From the NCBI GenBank assembly GCA_965218785.1, contig OZ244650.1:1152001-1216000 (forward strand): a DNA stretch of 64,000 nucleotides, given 5' to 3'. Positions 10,991-22,217 of this stretch are shown in pieces. Positions within the stretch are counted from its first letter, which is position 1. Each line of letters opens with the position of its first letter. The DNA comes from Nitrosopumilus sp. Its GTDB lineage: Archaea > Thermoproteota > Nitrososphaeria > Nitrososphaerales > Nitrosopumilaceae. The notes below the pieces were generated by a model, which was not told the DNA's origin, did no database searches, and saw only the letters and a list, made by a program, of their open reading frames with translations. Made by a program: the position numbers and the translations under genes.

Positions 10991-11650
10991 TTATGCCAAT
11001 AAACCTGTGTAGGGTTTTACAAGATTCCAAAATTCAAAAGGTCTTATCAAGGTTAATCCAGTAAAATTTTTAATTTGAATTTTATTCTTCAAAAGTTTTT
11101 CATCCATAGTCATAAAATAATTACATTGAAGTCTTATTGCATCACATATCAATTCTTTATCACATTTACTTAGAAATCCAATTTTTGGGAAGAATTTTTC
11201 TAATATCTGTTGGTTCTGATCATGAAAGACTGGAATATCACCATCATGTTCATTTATTACATCACAGTAATCCTTCAAATCAAAAATATATTGTGCATAA
11301 TGCATATTTCCTTTTCGGATGATCTCACTGATTACGTTTGGAGAGATGACCAATCGAAAATTACTTCTAGAAAATCCAAATAAATTCCTTAATGATTCAA
11401 TGTTTCTTGTCCCATTTTTATTCTTAGATAATGTATCATTAATCAGAACATCTTGATTATCAAATATTTCTTCATCATATTTTATCAAACAATGAACTGT
11501 ATTTGTATCTAAGAAAATTCTCGAAAATATTCGCTCAAAGTCTTGTAATGATGAATTTGGCAATGTTATTCTTTCAAACAATAATATAAAAATCTTAAGC
11601 ATGATGATTCTGTGTAATCTTCGGGTGGTTTTTCCCATAATAAAATACAA
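10991..11650 (-). CDS. PIN-domain protein (start uncertain)
   Basis: IFLDTN ... VISEI ... DKELICDA...FMTMDEKLL...IRPFEF. Confidence 0.7.
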   Translation of the reverse strand: MYFIMGKTTRRLHRIIMLKIFILLFERITLPNSSLQDFERIFSRIFLDTNTVHCLIKYDEEIFDNQDVLINDTLSKNKNGTRNIESLRNLFGFSRSNFRLVISPNVISEIIRKGNMHYAQYIFDLKDYCDVINEHDGDIPVFHDQNQQILEKFFPKIGFLSKCDKELICDAIRLQCNYFMTMDEKLLKNKIQIKNFTGLTLIRPFEFWNLVKPYTGLLA

Positions 11651-11830
11651 ATGAGAATGATGAAATGGCGGTTAATAGATGTGGCATATTGAGGATCGTG
11701 GAGGATGTTAGAAATGACATTAATCCTGGATGAGATAAATGACGGATTATGGATAACCCGTATGTTTAGTTTGTTAAGTTAATTTCAGGTCTCAGAACAG
11801 AAAATACAGGCAGATAAATGATACAAAAAA

Positions 11831-12739
11831 CTACCAACAGGACTTTTCATCAACCACCTCTTTTTCAAAACTGCTCGGATGATACAGGTATCCAGGTCCC
11901 AGACTCTGTTCAAAGTCTTGAACAATCACCAGTTCATTTGAATCAAATGTAATTCCAATGGAAACAGATTCATGATCAGGATTAATGATGTTGTCCCGAT
12001 GACCCCAGTTGGCATGAGCGTCATCGAACATCATGTCATAGTTTGCATCCAATATCGCCTGTTCCATATTCCAGATACTCCCATAACCTCCAGCAAGATT
12101 TTCAGAAACCAAATACATTTTATCATTATTGTTTTTGTATCTAAGCATTGGACCATCACCCGAATTTGAAACATGATGAATGCATCTTTCTTGTGCCAAT
12201 TGCTCAGCATAAACCTGTGGAGCCTTGGCATTACCCAGAGTGATTAGACCTACTTTGTTGTTTTTTCTATACTTGTTGATATCATCCAATGTGATCTGTC
12301 GAAGTTCATGTAACGAGGGCGGTTCAGGAGGTTCAAATGAAGGTATTTCAATTTCAGGTATCTGTATTTCAGGTATTTTGATATATGAAATCGGTAGAAA
12401 TGTCGGATTATCACGGATGATGTTCTCAACTGCCAGTCGTGCTTTGACTAAAGAATCCACAGAGTATTCAATGAATTCAGAAATAATCGGAGGCAAGTTT
12501 ATTTCATCAGAGATTTTTTTTAAATCATCTATCTCAAATATCCCCAATACAAAAAGAAACACAAGACCCACAATTATAACTCCAATCCATATGCCCACAT
12601 TTTTTAATCGTTTTTTATTTTGATTGTTTTTGTAGGAACCCTGAATTATATTTCCATCATATCTATTGTCATATTTTCCGTCTTTCCAACCTCTCCAATC
12701 ATCAGGGGTATTTTCTGCCGTATCATCCCATCTTCCCAT
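11831..12739 (-). CDS. Membrane-anchored CAP/SCP-domain protein
   Basis: One TM helix; INKYRK, ENLA, WGHRDNIINP...SIGI...VQDF. Confidence 0.8.
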   Translation of the reverse strand: MGRWDDTAENTPDDWRGWKDGKYDNRYDGNIIQGSYKNNQNKKRLKNVGIWIGVIIVGLVFLFVLGIFEIDDLKKISDEINLPPIISEFIEYSVDSLVKARLAVENIIRDNPTFLPISYIKIPEIQIPEIEIPSFEPPEPPSLHELRQITLDDINKYRKNNKVGLITLGNAKAPQVYAEQLAQERCIHHVSNSGDGPMLRYKNNNDKMYLVSENLAGGYGSIWNMEQAILDANYDMMFDDAHANWGHRDNIINPDHESVSIGITFDSNELVIVQDFEQSLGPGYLYHPSSFEKEVVDEKSCW

Positions 12740-12964
12740 ATCTGATCATTTTTTGTGTAGATTTTATATTAATATCTGTTAAAAATTCCGTATAAACTTT
12801 CTGCAATGATTTTAAAATTAATCATGTCTATCATGGACGAAAACGATCCTCATCAAGGATCCTACCAAGATAATTGAGCGGAGTTACAGGGGATCTGCCA
12901 GTAAAGTTTTTGACGTATTAAATAAAACAGCTCGAAAAGAACAGATAGTGATATGGGATAAATC

Positions 12965-13056
12965 AGAGTGGTTGTAATCCCAGTATGATGTTTTACCTCC
13001 CAACTTGCTCAAAAAGTGTATGTATGCAAGCGGTCTCATTTTAGCGGGGTCCACCA
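12965..13056 (-). mobile_element. IS3-family left end fused to a short orfB fragment
   Basis: Reverse complement TGGTGGACCCCGCTAAAATGAGACCGCTTGCATACATACACTTTTTGAGCAAGTTGGGAGGTAAAACATCA followed closely by GATTACAACCACTCT (DYNHS). Confidence 0.8.
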
Positions 13057-13530
13057 GTTTCTCTCAATTTGATTTTAAATCCTTAAATTAATGCAAGTGA
13101 CAAATCAATCTATGATGAAGAAAACATATGATCACATAACGGACAATAGGATTTTCTGGCTTGTGCATTATAAAGAACTTGATATTTATCAACCAGTTTA
13201 CGAATATGCAAATCGAAAGTATATTCAATAGTGTGTTTTTTGATGCACTTGTAAATTCGGGCGGTAGGCACAAGACAGCGATCTGACAAACCCACAATTT
13301 ATTCCAAAAATCAAGTCCAAATGAACAATAATTTTGAGTTTATCAACCAATTCAGCATCTAAAAAACAGATGGTTCATGACAGACTGGATTTCAAATCCA
13401 CTCTGTATTGACATTTTGAATTGATGACAGTTTGGAACATGACTTGAATTCAGGATTGATTACAATCCATTTCTTGAAAACATATTACTGGAATTGTTTT
13501 TATCAAAGCTTGATTCCATTGCTCACAGAG

Positions 13531-14118
13531 TCATTTTACTTTTATTTTACCGATGAAATTTTTATCGTGATTAAACATTCCATGAATTTCATATATCCCA
13601 TTAATTTTACTTCCACCAGAATACTTAATCTTCCATCCAAAATATATTATCCGATCATCCGGCACACTAAACTGTTCGGCAGTAAAATCAATATTCAAAT
13701 TTATACTCTCATTTGGACCCATGTCAAACACATCATCTAATTTATTAAATTGATATTCAGATTTTTTTTCTGATGATATATAATGGCTTGAAATGATATT
13801 TTGGGCAGGCATTGAACCATGATTATAAATTTGCATGTTAATTGAATTGTTATTTAATTCAAGAGGTTTCCCCCCTTCCCTTCCAATCCAGGGTCTTAAT
13901 CTGTTTTTTATCTCCTTTCTATATGTAAATATTTGAAATATCGTTGTAAAACCAAGTATGCCATTTACCATAATAGAGGACGCTGTGATCAATCCAATAT
14001 TATCCAATTCGGCTGATTTTTCAAAGTCATGCATCAGTCCAAAGCTGTCCTCCACAAAATATGTTATAATCCCAATTGACACCATGCATATAATTATTAA
14101 TTTTAGCTTAATTGACAA
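13531..14118 (-). CDS. Hypothetical membrane protein
   Basis: Two N-terminal hydrophobic segments, then RPWIG...IYNHGSMPA beta-rich domain; overlaps upstream gene. Confidence 0.6.
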   Translation of the reverse strand: MSIKLKLIIICMVSIGIITYFVEDSFGLMHDFEKSAELDNIGLITASSIMVNGILGFTTIFQIFTYRKEIKNRLRPWIGREGGKPLELNNNSINMQIYNHGSMPAQNIISSHYISSEKKSEYQFNKLDDVFDMGPNESINLNIDFTAEQFSVPDDRIIYFGWKIKYSGGSKINGIYEIHGMFNHDKNFIGKIKVK

Positions 14119-15331
14119 TGCTTTTCCCAGATTGTGAAGTTTCAGTATTTTTGTTATTGGGCGAAGAGCCAGGTCGCTTTAATTCAAGCAGGAAGTAGAC
14201 GGTATTTGAATTGGTTTTGGTGTATTGCTTGATTATAGAAAATCCACGATCAACAAGCATATCCGAAAATGATGACGCGTTAAATCTCGTGGAATAACCT
14301 AGAACAAATGCCGGCTTTTCTTTTGGAGTATAAACAATTGCAACAGTCTTTGATTTGGGATCAGGACTGATACGAATCTTCTTTTGTGAATCTGAGGAAA
14401 GTTTGTATTTTTTTATAAAATTATCCATGTTACCGACAGAAATTATTTCTGCGTTAATTTTATTAGAATCAAAATCCAACCCCTCAAAATCTTTGCAATT
14501 TCCTATGCGTCTGCCATTTTTATAGATCGGTCTATTATCTTTTGATAATTTATTCAAAAGTTCTATCGGACTAAAGCAAAATTTCTTTACAAATTCATCA
14601 TTATATGATTCACAGAGTTCATCATCGGTTCTGCCTCCAATCATTTCAACATCCATCAATAACAATGATCTTTCAGTCATAATATCCTTAAAAGAATCAA
14701 AAATATTGGGAATTGATGCGTTATACACTATTCCCAATGCAGTTATCAATACACATTCTGAATCTCCAAAGTCTTCTGATGTTGTCTTTGTAAAATCAGT
14801 CAGACATGGTTTTATAATCAGGGTTTTGCTAAATATTTCTTGTTCATAAAGTTTGTAGGTCTCCCTCATTCCGCGCATTAAAAGTGGGTAAGATAAATCC
14901 ACAGGAATAAATGTTAGAAGGTTATTGTCATATGTGTATTCATCTAAAAATACAGATAAAAGCTCTATTTCTTTTTCTGCACCACCAAAACCTAATGATA
15001 TGATATCCATTTTGGGGGGTTTGTTTTTTGAGCCACCCCCCCCCCCCCCCCCCGATTGAAACTTATCTAATGTGATTTCCAATATGTCACTGACATATGT
15101 TTTAATAAGATTTTTGCTTTCCTTAAATGTCTTGTATTTATCTCCTGATGAATTTAATCTTACATAAGAGTCCGCACCTGCTTCATTAAAATACCAATAT
15201 TTTTCTTCTATCACTCTTGAGGTCATGGCATCTATTACAAGATCTTCTGGAACCGGCACAGGTGTGTTATCCAAAGTCTTGGGTATACTATCCAGATCAA
15301 TATATGTCTCAATGAATGTTTTCCGTTCCAA
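14108..15331 (-). CDS. EgtD-like (histidine N-methyltransferase family) SAM-dependent methyltransferase with in-frame G18 tract
   Basis: EEKYWY, IISLGFGGAEK, FIPVDLSYPLL, LGIVYN, ESYND; poly-Gly encoded by C18 at 15036-15053 on the + strand. Confidence 0.65.
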   Translation of the reverse strand: MERKTFIETYIDLDSIPKTLDNTPVPVPEDLVIDAMTSRVIEEKYWYFNEAGADSYVRLNSSGDKYKTFKESKNLIKTYVSDILEITLDKFQSGGGGGGGSKNKPPKMDIISLGFGGAEKEIELLSVFLDEYTYDNNLLTFIPVDLSYPLLMRGMRETYKLYEQEIFSKTLIIKPCLTDFTKTTSEDFGDSECVLITALGIVYNASIPNIFDSFKDIMTERSLLLMDVEMIGGRTDDELCESYNDEFVKKFCFSPIELLNKLSKDNRPIYKNGRRIGNCKDFEGLDFDSNKINAEIISVGNMDNFIKKYKLSSDSQKKIRISPDPKSKTVAIVYTPKEKPAFVLGYSTRFNASSFSDMLVDRGFSIIKQYTKTNSNTVYFLLELKRPGSSPNNKNTETSQSGKSIVN

Positions 15332-15537
15332 TATTTTTCAATATTTGGCAAGTTATTATAAAATGTTATGTAATGGCTACACGTAAAGGGTCAAGTCGAC
15401 CCTAGTATCTCAAGCAGTTTTTCTGTCGTATTTAACCCTCTTCTGCACCATGTTAGAATACACGTCATTAGTATCCCAAACATCTTCATTCCACCCACCA
15501 TTATCTTTAATTTAAGATGAGGAAATTTTATTTTAAA

Positions 15538-16500
15538 CTATCCATCTTTTTTTATTAAAAATCGTAATATCGACATAAATTTTTGTTCAAAGTCATATTT
15601 AGATAGTCGGCTATTCTTCCGAAATAATGTAATCTCTATTAACTTACCTACATCTTTTTTACTGTCATCGTGTATTGGATATGATTTAGATTCCAAAGTT
15701 CCATTCTTCTGTGGTTCTTGATCTTTATTTAGCACTTTTATAACAACAAATCTGTCTGATAGTTTTTTATCATCTGGTACAAATCCATCTGTGGATATTA
15801 GAATGTCTGTTTTAGGATTAAAACTTAAATCATCATTCAATTTAAAATATGCATTTTTTTCCACCACACATGTATATTTTTTATCCTCTAATGTAAAACA
15901 AAATCCATTTTCTAGTGCTTTTGTTGATATGTTATAGAATTCAACAGTTTGCTTGAAATATTGAAGTATTTGATCTCTAGAATTTATTTTATCTTTATCA
16001 ATATATGATACATTCACAGATTCATTAAGAAATTCTATAATTCTATCAATATGTAAGAGAAATGCAGAAACGGTTCTTGTACATGTAATTTCTAAACCAG
16101 TTACATATACTTCATTGTCATTTTTACCTCGTATTCCTCTATGATCAACACAGGAAATAGAAGAGCCGGATCCAGGCATATCGGTGTCGGTTATTCTTAT
16201 TAGAACATATTTTTCCATAGGATCATTGTTACTTGCTAAAAACGTATCTTGGCATATCAAAATATCTGTTCTTGGATCAAATGTGATTTCAGGCGATATT
16301 AATTTAACCGTAGATTTTATTTCTTTATTAAAACATCTATATTTTTTGTTTTGGAGTATGAAATAAAATCCATCATCATCACTACCGCATTTTATATGAT
16401 AATTTTGGGTGTGAAAATATGGTTCAGATTGATTCGGGTCTTCAATATGCTTTTGAAAAACTGCAACAAGATCCTTTATTGTGATATCTCTTTTAGACAT
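15538..16500 (-). CDS. Hypothetical protein with an internal tandem domain duplication
   Basis: GFYFILQNKKYRC...FDPRTDILI repeated as GFCFTLEDKKYTC...FNPKTDILI. Confidence 0.7.
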   Translation of the reverse strand: MSKRDITIKDLVAVFQKHIEDPNQSEPYFHTQNYHIKCGSDDDGFYFILQNKKYRCFNKEIKSTVKLISPEITFDPRTDILICQDTFLASNNDPMEKYVLIRITDTDMPGSGSSISCVDHRGIRGKNDNEVYVTGLEITCTRTVSAFLLHIDRIIEFLNESVNVSYIDKDKINSRDQILQYFKQTVEFYNISTKALENGFCFTLEDKKYTCVVEKNAYFKLNDDLSFNPKTDILISTDGFVPDDKKLSDRFVVIKVLNKDQEPQKNGTLESKSYPIHDDSKKDVGKLIEITLFRKNSRLSKYDFEQKFMSILRFLIKKDG

Positions 16501-16624
16501 AAAATGATATCGGACTAGTATAATTTATGCGTGATTAATCCAGGTTCTGTAGGGTTATAGAGACCTGAAATATGGATCTTCTCTGGGATTGAAAATTATG
16601 ATTGATTATTTTTTAGCTTTTTGA

Positions 16625-19600
16625 TCAAAAAAGTCCTTGCTGTGAAATAACTTTTTCTTTATCTCCCCCATTGAATGATGGTTCATTGGATAATCGGGTA
16701 CGTATGTCATCAATTGAATGATCTATTTTAAGAATTTTAAGAATTCCATCATCTATTTTCTTCCTTGTTTCATCCTCACAAATTTTCTTCATTTCTAATA
16801 ATGGGCATTCTTTGTATTCGTCAAATATTTTGTTAAATTCATTTATCTGTTGTTTAGTTAATTTGGAAAAATCCAAAACCGCCATTTTTTTCATAGATGT
16901 TGTAGATGACAGTCCACGTCCAAAAATCTGCTTGCCACTATTGAGCCAAAAACACAGAATCCCCAAAGTAGAATTTCCCCATACAGCAAATGCCTTTGCA
17001 TATTCATCTTCAATATTGTAACTCGGAACTGACGCTCCAACTCCGAGAGTTTTTTCATTTGTATACATTACAATTAATTTTTGACTGGTATATCTTGCCA
17101 AAATATTCAGATGTATTTTAGTTGCCGTTTTTGCAATGTTTTGAGTTTTTTCATTATCAACAACGCTTTTGGGAATCGCAGCTTTATCTGGTCGGATAAC
17201 AAGACATATTTGATTTTTTGCATCATTATTATGAAGCCCGTAATATAATGTGGTGCTATCGATGGGGGAGAGTGTGAATGGGGCCCTCTTATCATTTGGT
17301 TTATTGTCTGCGATATCTCTTGATATGGGACCGAATTTATCACCCAAAACAGTCATGGGAACATCATATGATTTCCCCACCCCCCCCCCCCCCCCCGAAT
17401 ATTTTTAATTTACCATTCATTAAATTCCTCCCAAATTGTAAAATATAACCATCTAGAACTCCAACAAACCACCAATCGAATCTTAATGGGCAATCCATCA
17501 TACTGCCTACTTTTCTTTCTCCAACAATAATCGGAGTTGCCCCATTTTGTTCATCTTCAAGTTTATGGATGTTATTATTTTTCGTAATCTTTTCAACAGT
17601 TTCTAACGCACTTAGAATTGATTTTGGTCTGTGTGTGAGAACTATGAATTTTCCACGTTTGATTTTATATTCAGATAGTTGTTCTTCCAATCGCATTATT
17701 TTTTGATTGAGTTCTTTGTTTTTATTAATCAGATTATCTTTGTTGATTGATTTTTTCTTGTTTTTATGATTCAGCAACCCATTATTTTTTTTAATTGTTT
17801 TTTTCAAAGATGTGACGTTTTTTTGAAGGGAATCAATTTCTTCTATTCTTTCGGTGGATTCTTTTTTTGCTATTATGAGCATTTCATTTAGATTCGTATC
17901 AAATGAGAATGAACCATCATTATCAGAACCAAAATTCTTTATGTGTTCTGATTCTTTTGAACTTCCAGCTATGCTCACAATATTAACATCAATATATTTT
18001 AATTTGAACAATTCTCTACACTTTGACCATGAGGAACCATCTGATAACGTAGAAGGTAGTACCATCCCCATAGTACCTCCAGGTACTAATTTTTTATCCG
18101 CCAATGCAATGAAATGTGTGGCATAACCTGCATTACCATCAGCACATGTATCTGCAAATATTTTTTTTTCAAGTTTAGCCATTTTCCTCTGATCATCTGG
18201 CTTAATATCGAATGATGTAAACATGGCAAGCCCTTCCTTCCCACCTTCTCGGGTATTACTGGTAAATGGAGGATTCATTATGATATAATCTATTGAAGTA
18301 TCCGCAATCTCATGAGACATGTATTTTTTTTCTTTGTTTTTCCCAATATACGTCCCTTGTTCATCAAGTGTAGTATATGGCAAAATATGATCCAATGAGC
18401 CAAGATTATATGTTCCATTATTTTTACCCAATCCAATAGTGCTAATTTTTGTATCGTCTATGGTTATTTTTGGAAATATCCCTGCCAGAGAGGATACTGT
18501 CAAATGTACAGCACTTGGTAATACATCAAATCCAATTATACAATTTTCTATTACTTTACTATGAATTTCTCTCATATTACCACCATTAATTTCATAATTC
18601 ATTATCAACTGTTGGTATGCAGTAGTCAACAATGTTCCAGTTCCACAAGCAAAATCTGCAATTTTGATTTTCGTTATACTATCTTCATTTTCGTATATCA
18701 TATGTTTTGAATTTGGAATGACCAATCCTGCAAGTAATGTTGCAGAAGTGGGTAATGTATAAAATGAAGCAAGTGTTTTTCTATCCGAGATCGTTTTTTG
18801 AATTAAAGAACCATACATATCAGTTGAACGACTCAATTTAGATACGGATACTCGATTAGAAATACGTTGAAGATTCTCAAGAATATTCTGTGCAGTGTCA
18901 TTATTGATGTAATTTAAAATCTTTTTTGCTACATCAAATATTGCAAAATAATTTATCTCCAAAATTTTATCCCAGGTATCATTTAATTCATTCAAATTAA
19001 CGATTCCCAGATATGTGATATCCCTTATTGTTTTTATTTGATGCTCACCTGCAATATTGCTATGAAAAATAAATGCATTTGATAAAATCAATCCAGCCAT
19101 TTTCCATGTTTGTTCATTTGGTTTTTGAAAAAGTAATTTGGAAATTCTTTCTTTTGTAAATTCACCTGAACCTTGTATTAATTCTGAAATTGAATCAATA
19201 ACATCATTCAAGAAATCAACATCCTTAACTATCTCCTTTGAAGATAGAAATGCTATTTGAGATACTTTTGCAATGTTGTGAAGCGTTCCAGTTAACCAGC
19301 CATTTGTTGGAAATCGATCTGGGCTATAAACTGCATAATTAAGTTTTTTTGTTTTTTTTAATTCTTCTGAAATGTCCAAATCAATATTTCTAAAATTTTC
19401 TGGGATTTGAACTGCAATCACAATTTCAACTTTCTTACCATTTTTAAACTCTTGATCGAGTTTGTCTTTTGCATCTTTTTCTGGATTATTTGGGTGGATT
19501 TCATTTTCTATGATCACGTTCACTAACCCATCTTCCTTAATTAAAATATCTGGTCGCTTGTGCTTATTTTTAAACACATGCAATGGTTGACTGCTAACTG

Positions 19601-19670
19601 TCCAATTATACCTCATGTCATTTAGAATTTTGGCCATTTCATAACTTATGTTATCTTCGAAATTTTTCAT
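16625..19670 (-). CDS. Fused restriction endonuclease/N6-adenine methyltransferase (Type IIG-like), frameshifted at a G17 tract
   Basis: N-terminal RPDILI...IIENE nuclease motif, DFACGTG (motif I), NPPF (motif IV); ORF 16625-17380 continues in another frame directly after the C17 run at 17380-17396. Confidence 0.8.
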
Positions 19671-19842
19671 CTTTACACCTTTTTCTTTATAATTGCTAAT
19701 AGTTTTAACTATTCCTTGAAAACTTCTTTTTATATGTCAGAAATAACTATATCCTTAACTAATTCTGAGATTGTTTTCTTATTGAATAATTGATTCATTC
19801 ATCATCATTGTTTATCCCACTCTAGCTTGTTGATGTGAATTC

Positions 19843-19913
19843 TGGTGGGGACCCCGCTAGAATGAGACCGCTTGCATACGTACACTTTTTGAGCAAGTTG
19901 GGGGATAAAACAT
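19843..19913 (+). mobile_element. IS3-family solo left end
   Basis: TGGTGGGGACCCCGCTAGAATGAGACCGCTTGCATAC...GGGGGATAAAACAT. Confidence 0.8.
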
Positions 19914-19955
19914 GGATCTTTAAGGGATTTTTTGAGTTTAATTATTTTTTCAAAT

Positions 19956-20267
19956 TCACTGGGCTGAAATATTATGGTATTGAGTTTGCATTTGATGAAA
20001 CAACCCCATAATTATTAGTAAAATTCCATATTTAAAAAGTCTCGGGTGCTCAATGTTTGCATCGGGTTTTTGAATAAATCCTAAGAGATAAGATTTGTAT
20101 AAACTAAACAGCATAAAAATGAATCCTAATAATTGATATCCACTAGCAAAAAAATATTGAAGATTATTTTTATCATATTCAAAAATACCAGTAGAAACAA
20201 TTGATATTAATAGTGGAAATAGTAATCCAACTACAATTATTAATTGTGCTTGTCCAAAATCCATCAA
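19956..20267 (-). CDS. Small membrane protein
   Basis: Three hydrophobic segments; lies between two IS left ends. Confidence 0.5.
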   Translation of the reverse strand: MMDFGQAQLIIVVGLLFPLLISIVSTGIFEYDKNNLQYFFASGYQLLGFIFMLFSLYKSYLLGFIQKPDANIEHPRLFKYGILLIIMGLFHQMQTQYHNISAQ

Positions 20268-20352
20268 TTATTAAATAATTATAACAAGATATATTTCTTA
20301 TAATTGATATTATTTCCCGAAGTCTGGAATAATTCTTTGAATGCATTAGTAT

Positions 20353-20438
20353 TGGTAGAAACCTTAGTGGAGATTCCGCTAGAATGAGACCGCTTGCATA
20401 CATACACTTTTTGAGCAAGTTGGGGGATAAAACATCAT
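20353..20438 (+). mobile_element. IS3-family solo left end with duplicated IR tip
   Basis: Same ~70-bp sequence as 19843-19913, preceded by TGGTAGAAACCT. Confidence 0.75.
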
Positions 20439-20609
20439 CCAAGTAGAATCATCTACCGCAAAGTTACTATAACATACGGCAAGATTGATCATCTAGAGGT
20501 TCTATTTTATCTGAAATCTCTGCCAATTCTTTCTTTAACTTTTCTTTATTGGGACTAGTTTTAGAATTATTTAATTTTCTTACCACTTTCCTAAGATCAT
20601 TGATGATAT

Positions 20610-21074
20610 CTAATTGTTTGTTAGCATTTCATTTAGGATGATAATTCGTTTAATCTCTTTATCATAATTCGTTCGTTTCATTTTCATGCGTTGTTCATAA
20701 TATGGTATTTTATGTTTATCTAATCCTATTCTACTTTGCATTTTGTATATAAAATCAATCCAATCCTTACAAGGTGGACATAACCGATCTTTCTTTGTCA
20801 ATTCCGCAGGAATTACGATATCCGGAGAGAATTTCATTTTGTATAGAATGTCCGGCTGGATAAAAAAGAAATCATCATCTCTACAGTAACCATCATACCC
20901 ATGCCGAATAGAACCCTTTGAACGATCTCTGAGCCCACAAATACCACAAGTATATTCTGGTATTGACTCTTCTTCTTCATATTCTGGTATTTCATGGATT
21001 TTCACGGATTGGTATAGGTCTGCAAGAAATACATCTTCAGTTTCAGGATATTGCTCATCATCCCAATATCTCAT
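20610..21074 (-). CDS. Hypothetical zinc-binding protein
   Basis: CGIC ... CPPC pairs. Confidence 0.55.
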   Translation of the reverse strand: MRYWDDEQYPETEDVFLADLYQSVKIHEIPEYEEEESIPEYTCGICGLRDRSKGSIRHGYDGYCRDDDFFFIQPDILYKMKFSPDIVIPAELTKKDRLCPPCKDWIDFIYKMQSRIGLDKHKIPYYEQRMKMKRTNYDKEIKRIIILNEMLTNN

Positions 21075-21212
21075 AATTTTCAGAGATTTACAAAGATGAA
21101 AAACATTCCGTCAATATGATCTGCTCAATGATGAATAATTTGTACGGGGACAGGAAAAATTAAGATGACTGAAATTTTTTAATTCCAAGATTTGTAACAA
21201 TTCATTTTAAAC

Positions 21213-22052
21213 TTAGATGTGAACGACAGATTTCTCCTGTTTTGCTTTAATTTTTTTACTGCAAAATTTTGCAAATTCCTTTTCATTGTAATTCACCTCG
21301 TTTAGTACATCATTCTCAACTGATCCAATCTGCGGGTATTCATCATATGTTTTCCCATTCAAGACACGCCCACCAGATTTTGGTCTGAATCCGCCCCACT
21401 GCTTGAAGAAGACAGCAACCTTTTGCCTTTTGCACTGTTTGATGATATCCACCACCCATTCTTTCTTGACTGGTCTGAATTTTGCACCGCTTTCACCGCC
21501 TATTATCACCCAGTCAATTCCAGATAAATCCAGCCTTCCCATGGAATCCAAAAGTGGTTCGATGCTTAGGAACCTGGTATGACACTTTACGTTCCTTAAT
21601 GCATCAATTCTCCATCTAAAATCCTCATTCTCAACACTGGTGCCCATCCAAATGTGGTGAGGTATAACATCTGCAAAATAGTTTTTAAAAAATATGGAAA
21701 AATCAGACATGATATCCGGACGTTTGGTTAGAACCTGGTAAACATGATGATTACCTTTCAACATTGTGTAAAAACAACTTCCAATAAACTCCATCCTGGA
21801 TTGTTCATGAAAAAGATCCGACATGCTATTAACAAAAATTTTTTTTGGTTTTTTCCAAGTTAACGGAAGCTCCAAATCTTGGGGTTGCTCTGTGAATTCA
21901 AAGACATTCTTGTATTTTTTAACACCCATTGCGTTTAATCGCTTTGAGAGTTTTTCAGCATAACAGTTCTTACATCCGGGGGAGATTTTAGTGCATCCCG
22001 TGGTTGGGTTCCATGTAGCCTCGGTCCATTCAATGGATGAATTGGTTGCCAT
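21213..22052 (-). CDS. DUF5131 (phage Gp37/Gp68 family) radical-SAM-like protein
   Basis: IEWTEATWNPTTGCTKISPGCKNCYA, FVNSMSDLFH, LTKRP, WVIIGGESG, FFKQWGG. Confidence 0.9.
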   Translation of the reverse strand: MATNSSIEWTEATWNPTTGCTKISPGCKNCYAEKLSKRLNAMGVKKYKNVFEFTEQPQDLELPLTWKKPKKIFVNSMSDLFHEQSRMEFIGSCFYTMLKGNHHVYQVLTKRPDIMSDFSIFFKNYFADVIPHHIWMGTSVENEDFRWRIDALRNVKCHTRFLSIEPLLDSMGRLDLSGIDWVIIGGESGAKFRPVKKEWVVDIIKQCKRQKVAVFFKQWGGFRPKSGGRVLNGKTYDEYPQIGSVENDVLNEVNYNEKEFAKFCSKKIKAKQEKSVVHI

Positions 22053-22104
22053 GAATTGTCTTTACCTGATATGATACGCTATAAACTGCTATCGGTTTAG
22101 CAGC

Positions 22105-22151
22105 ACTCAAGAGATGTGGGATGCAGTGTCTCATTTAGATAGGGTCCACCA
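22105..22151 (-). mobile_element. Degenerate IS3-family left end
   Basis: Reverse complement TGGTGGACCCTATCTAAATGAGAC. Confidence 0.55.
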
Positions 22152-22217
22152 CATCTGATCTGATGTTTATCCATATGAACAGGATGATTTATCTATTCAA
22201 ATTGCTAGTGACCAAGT

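Noticed and set aside
20179-20442. 87-aa ORF (also 44184-44366 and 42801-43031)
   Set aside because: Translations of IS-end or repeat sequence, not genuine genes
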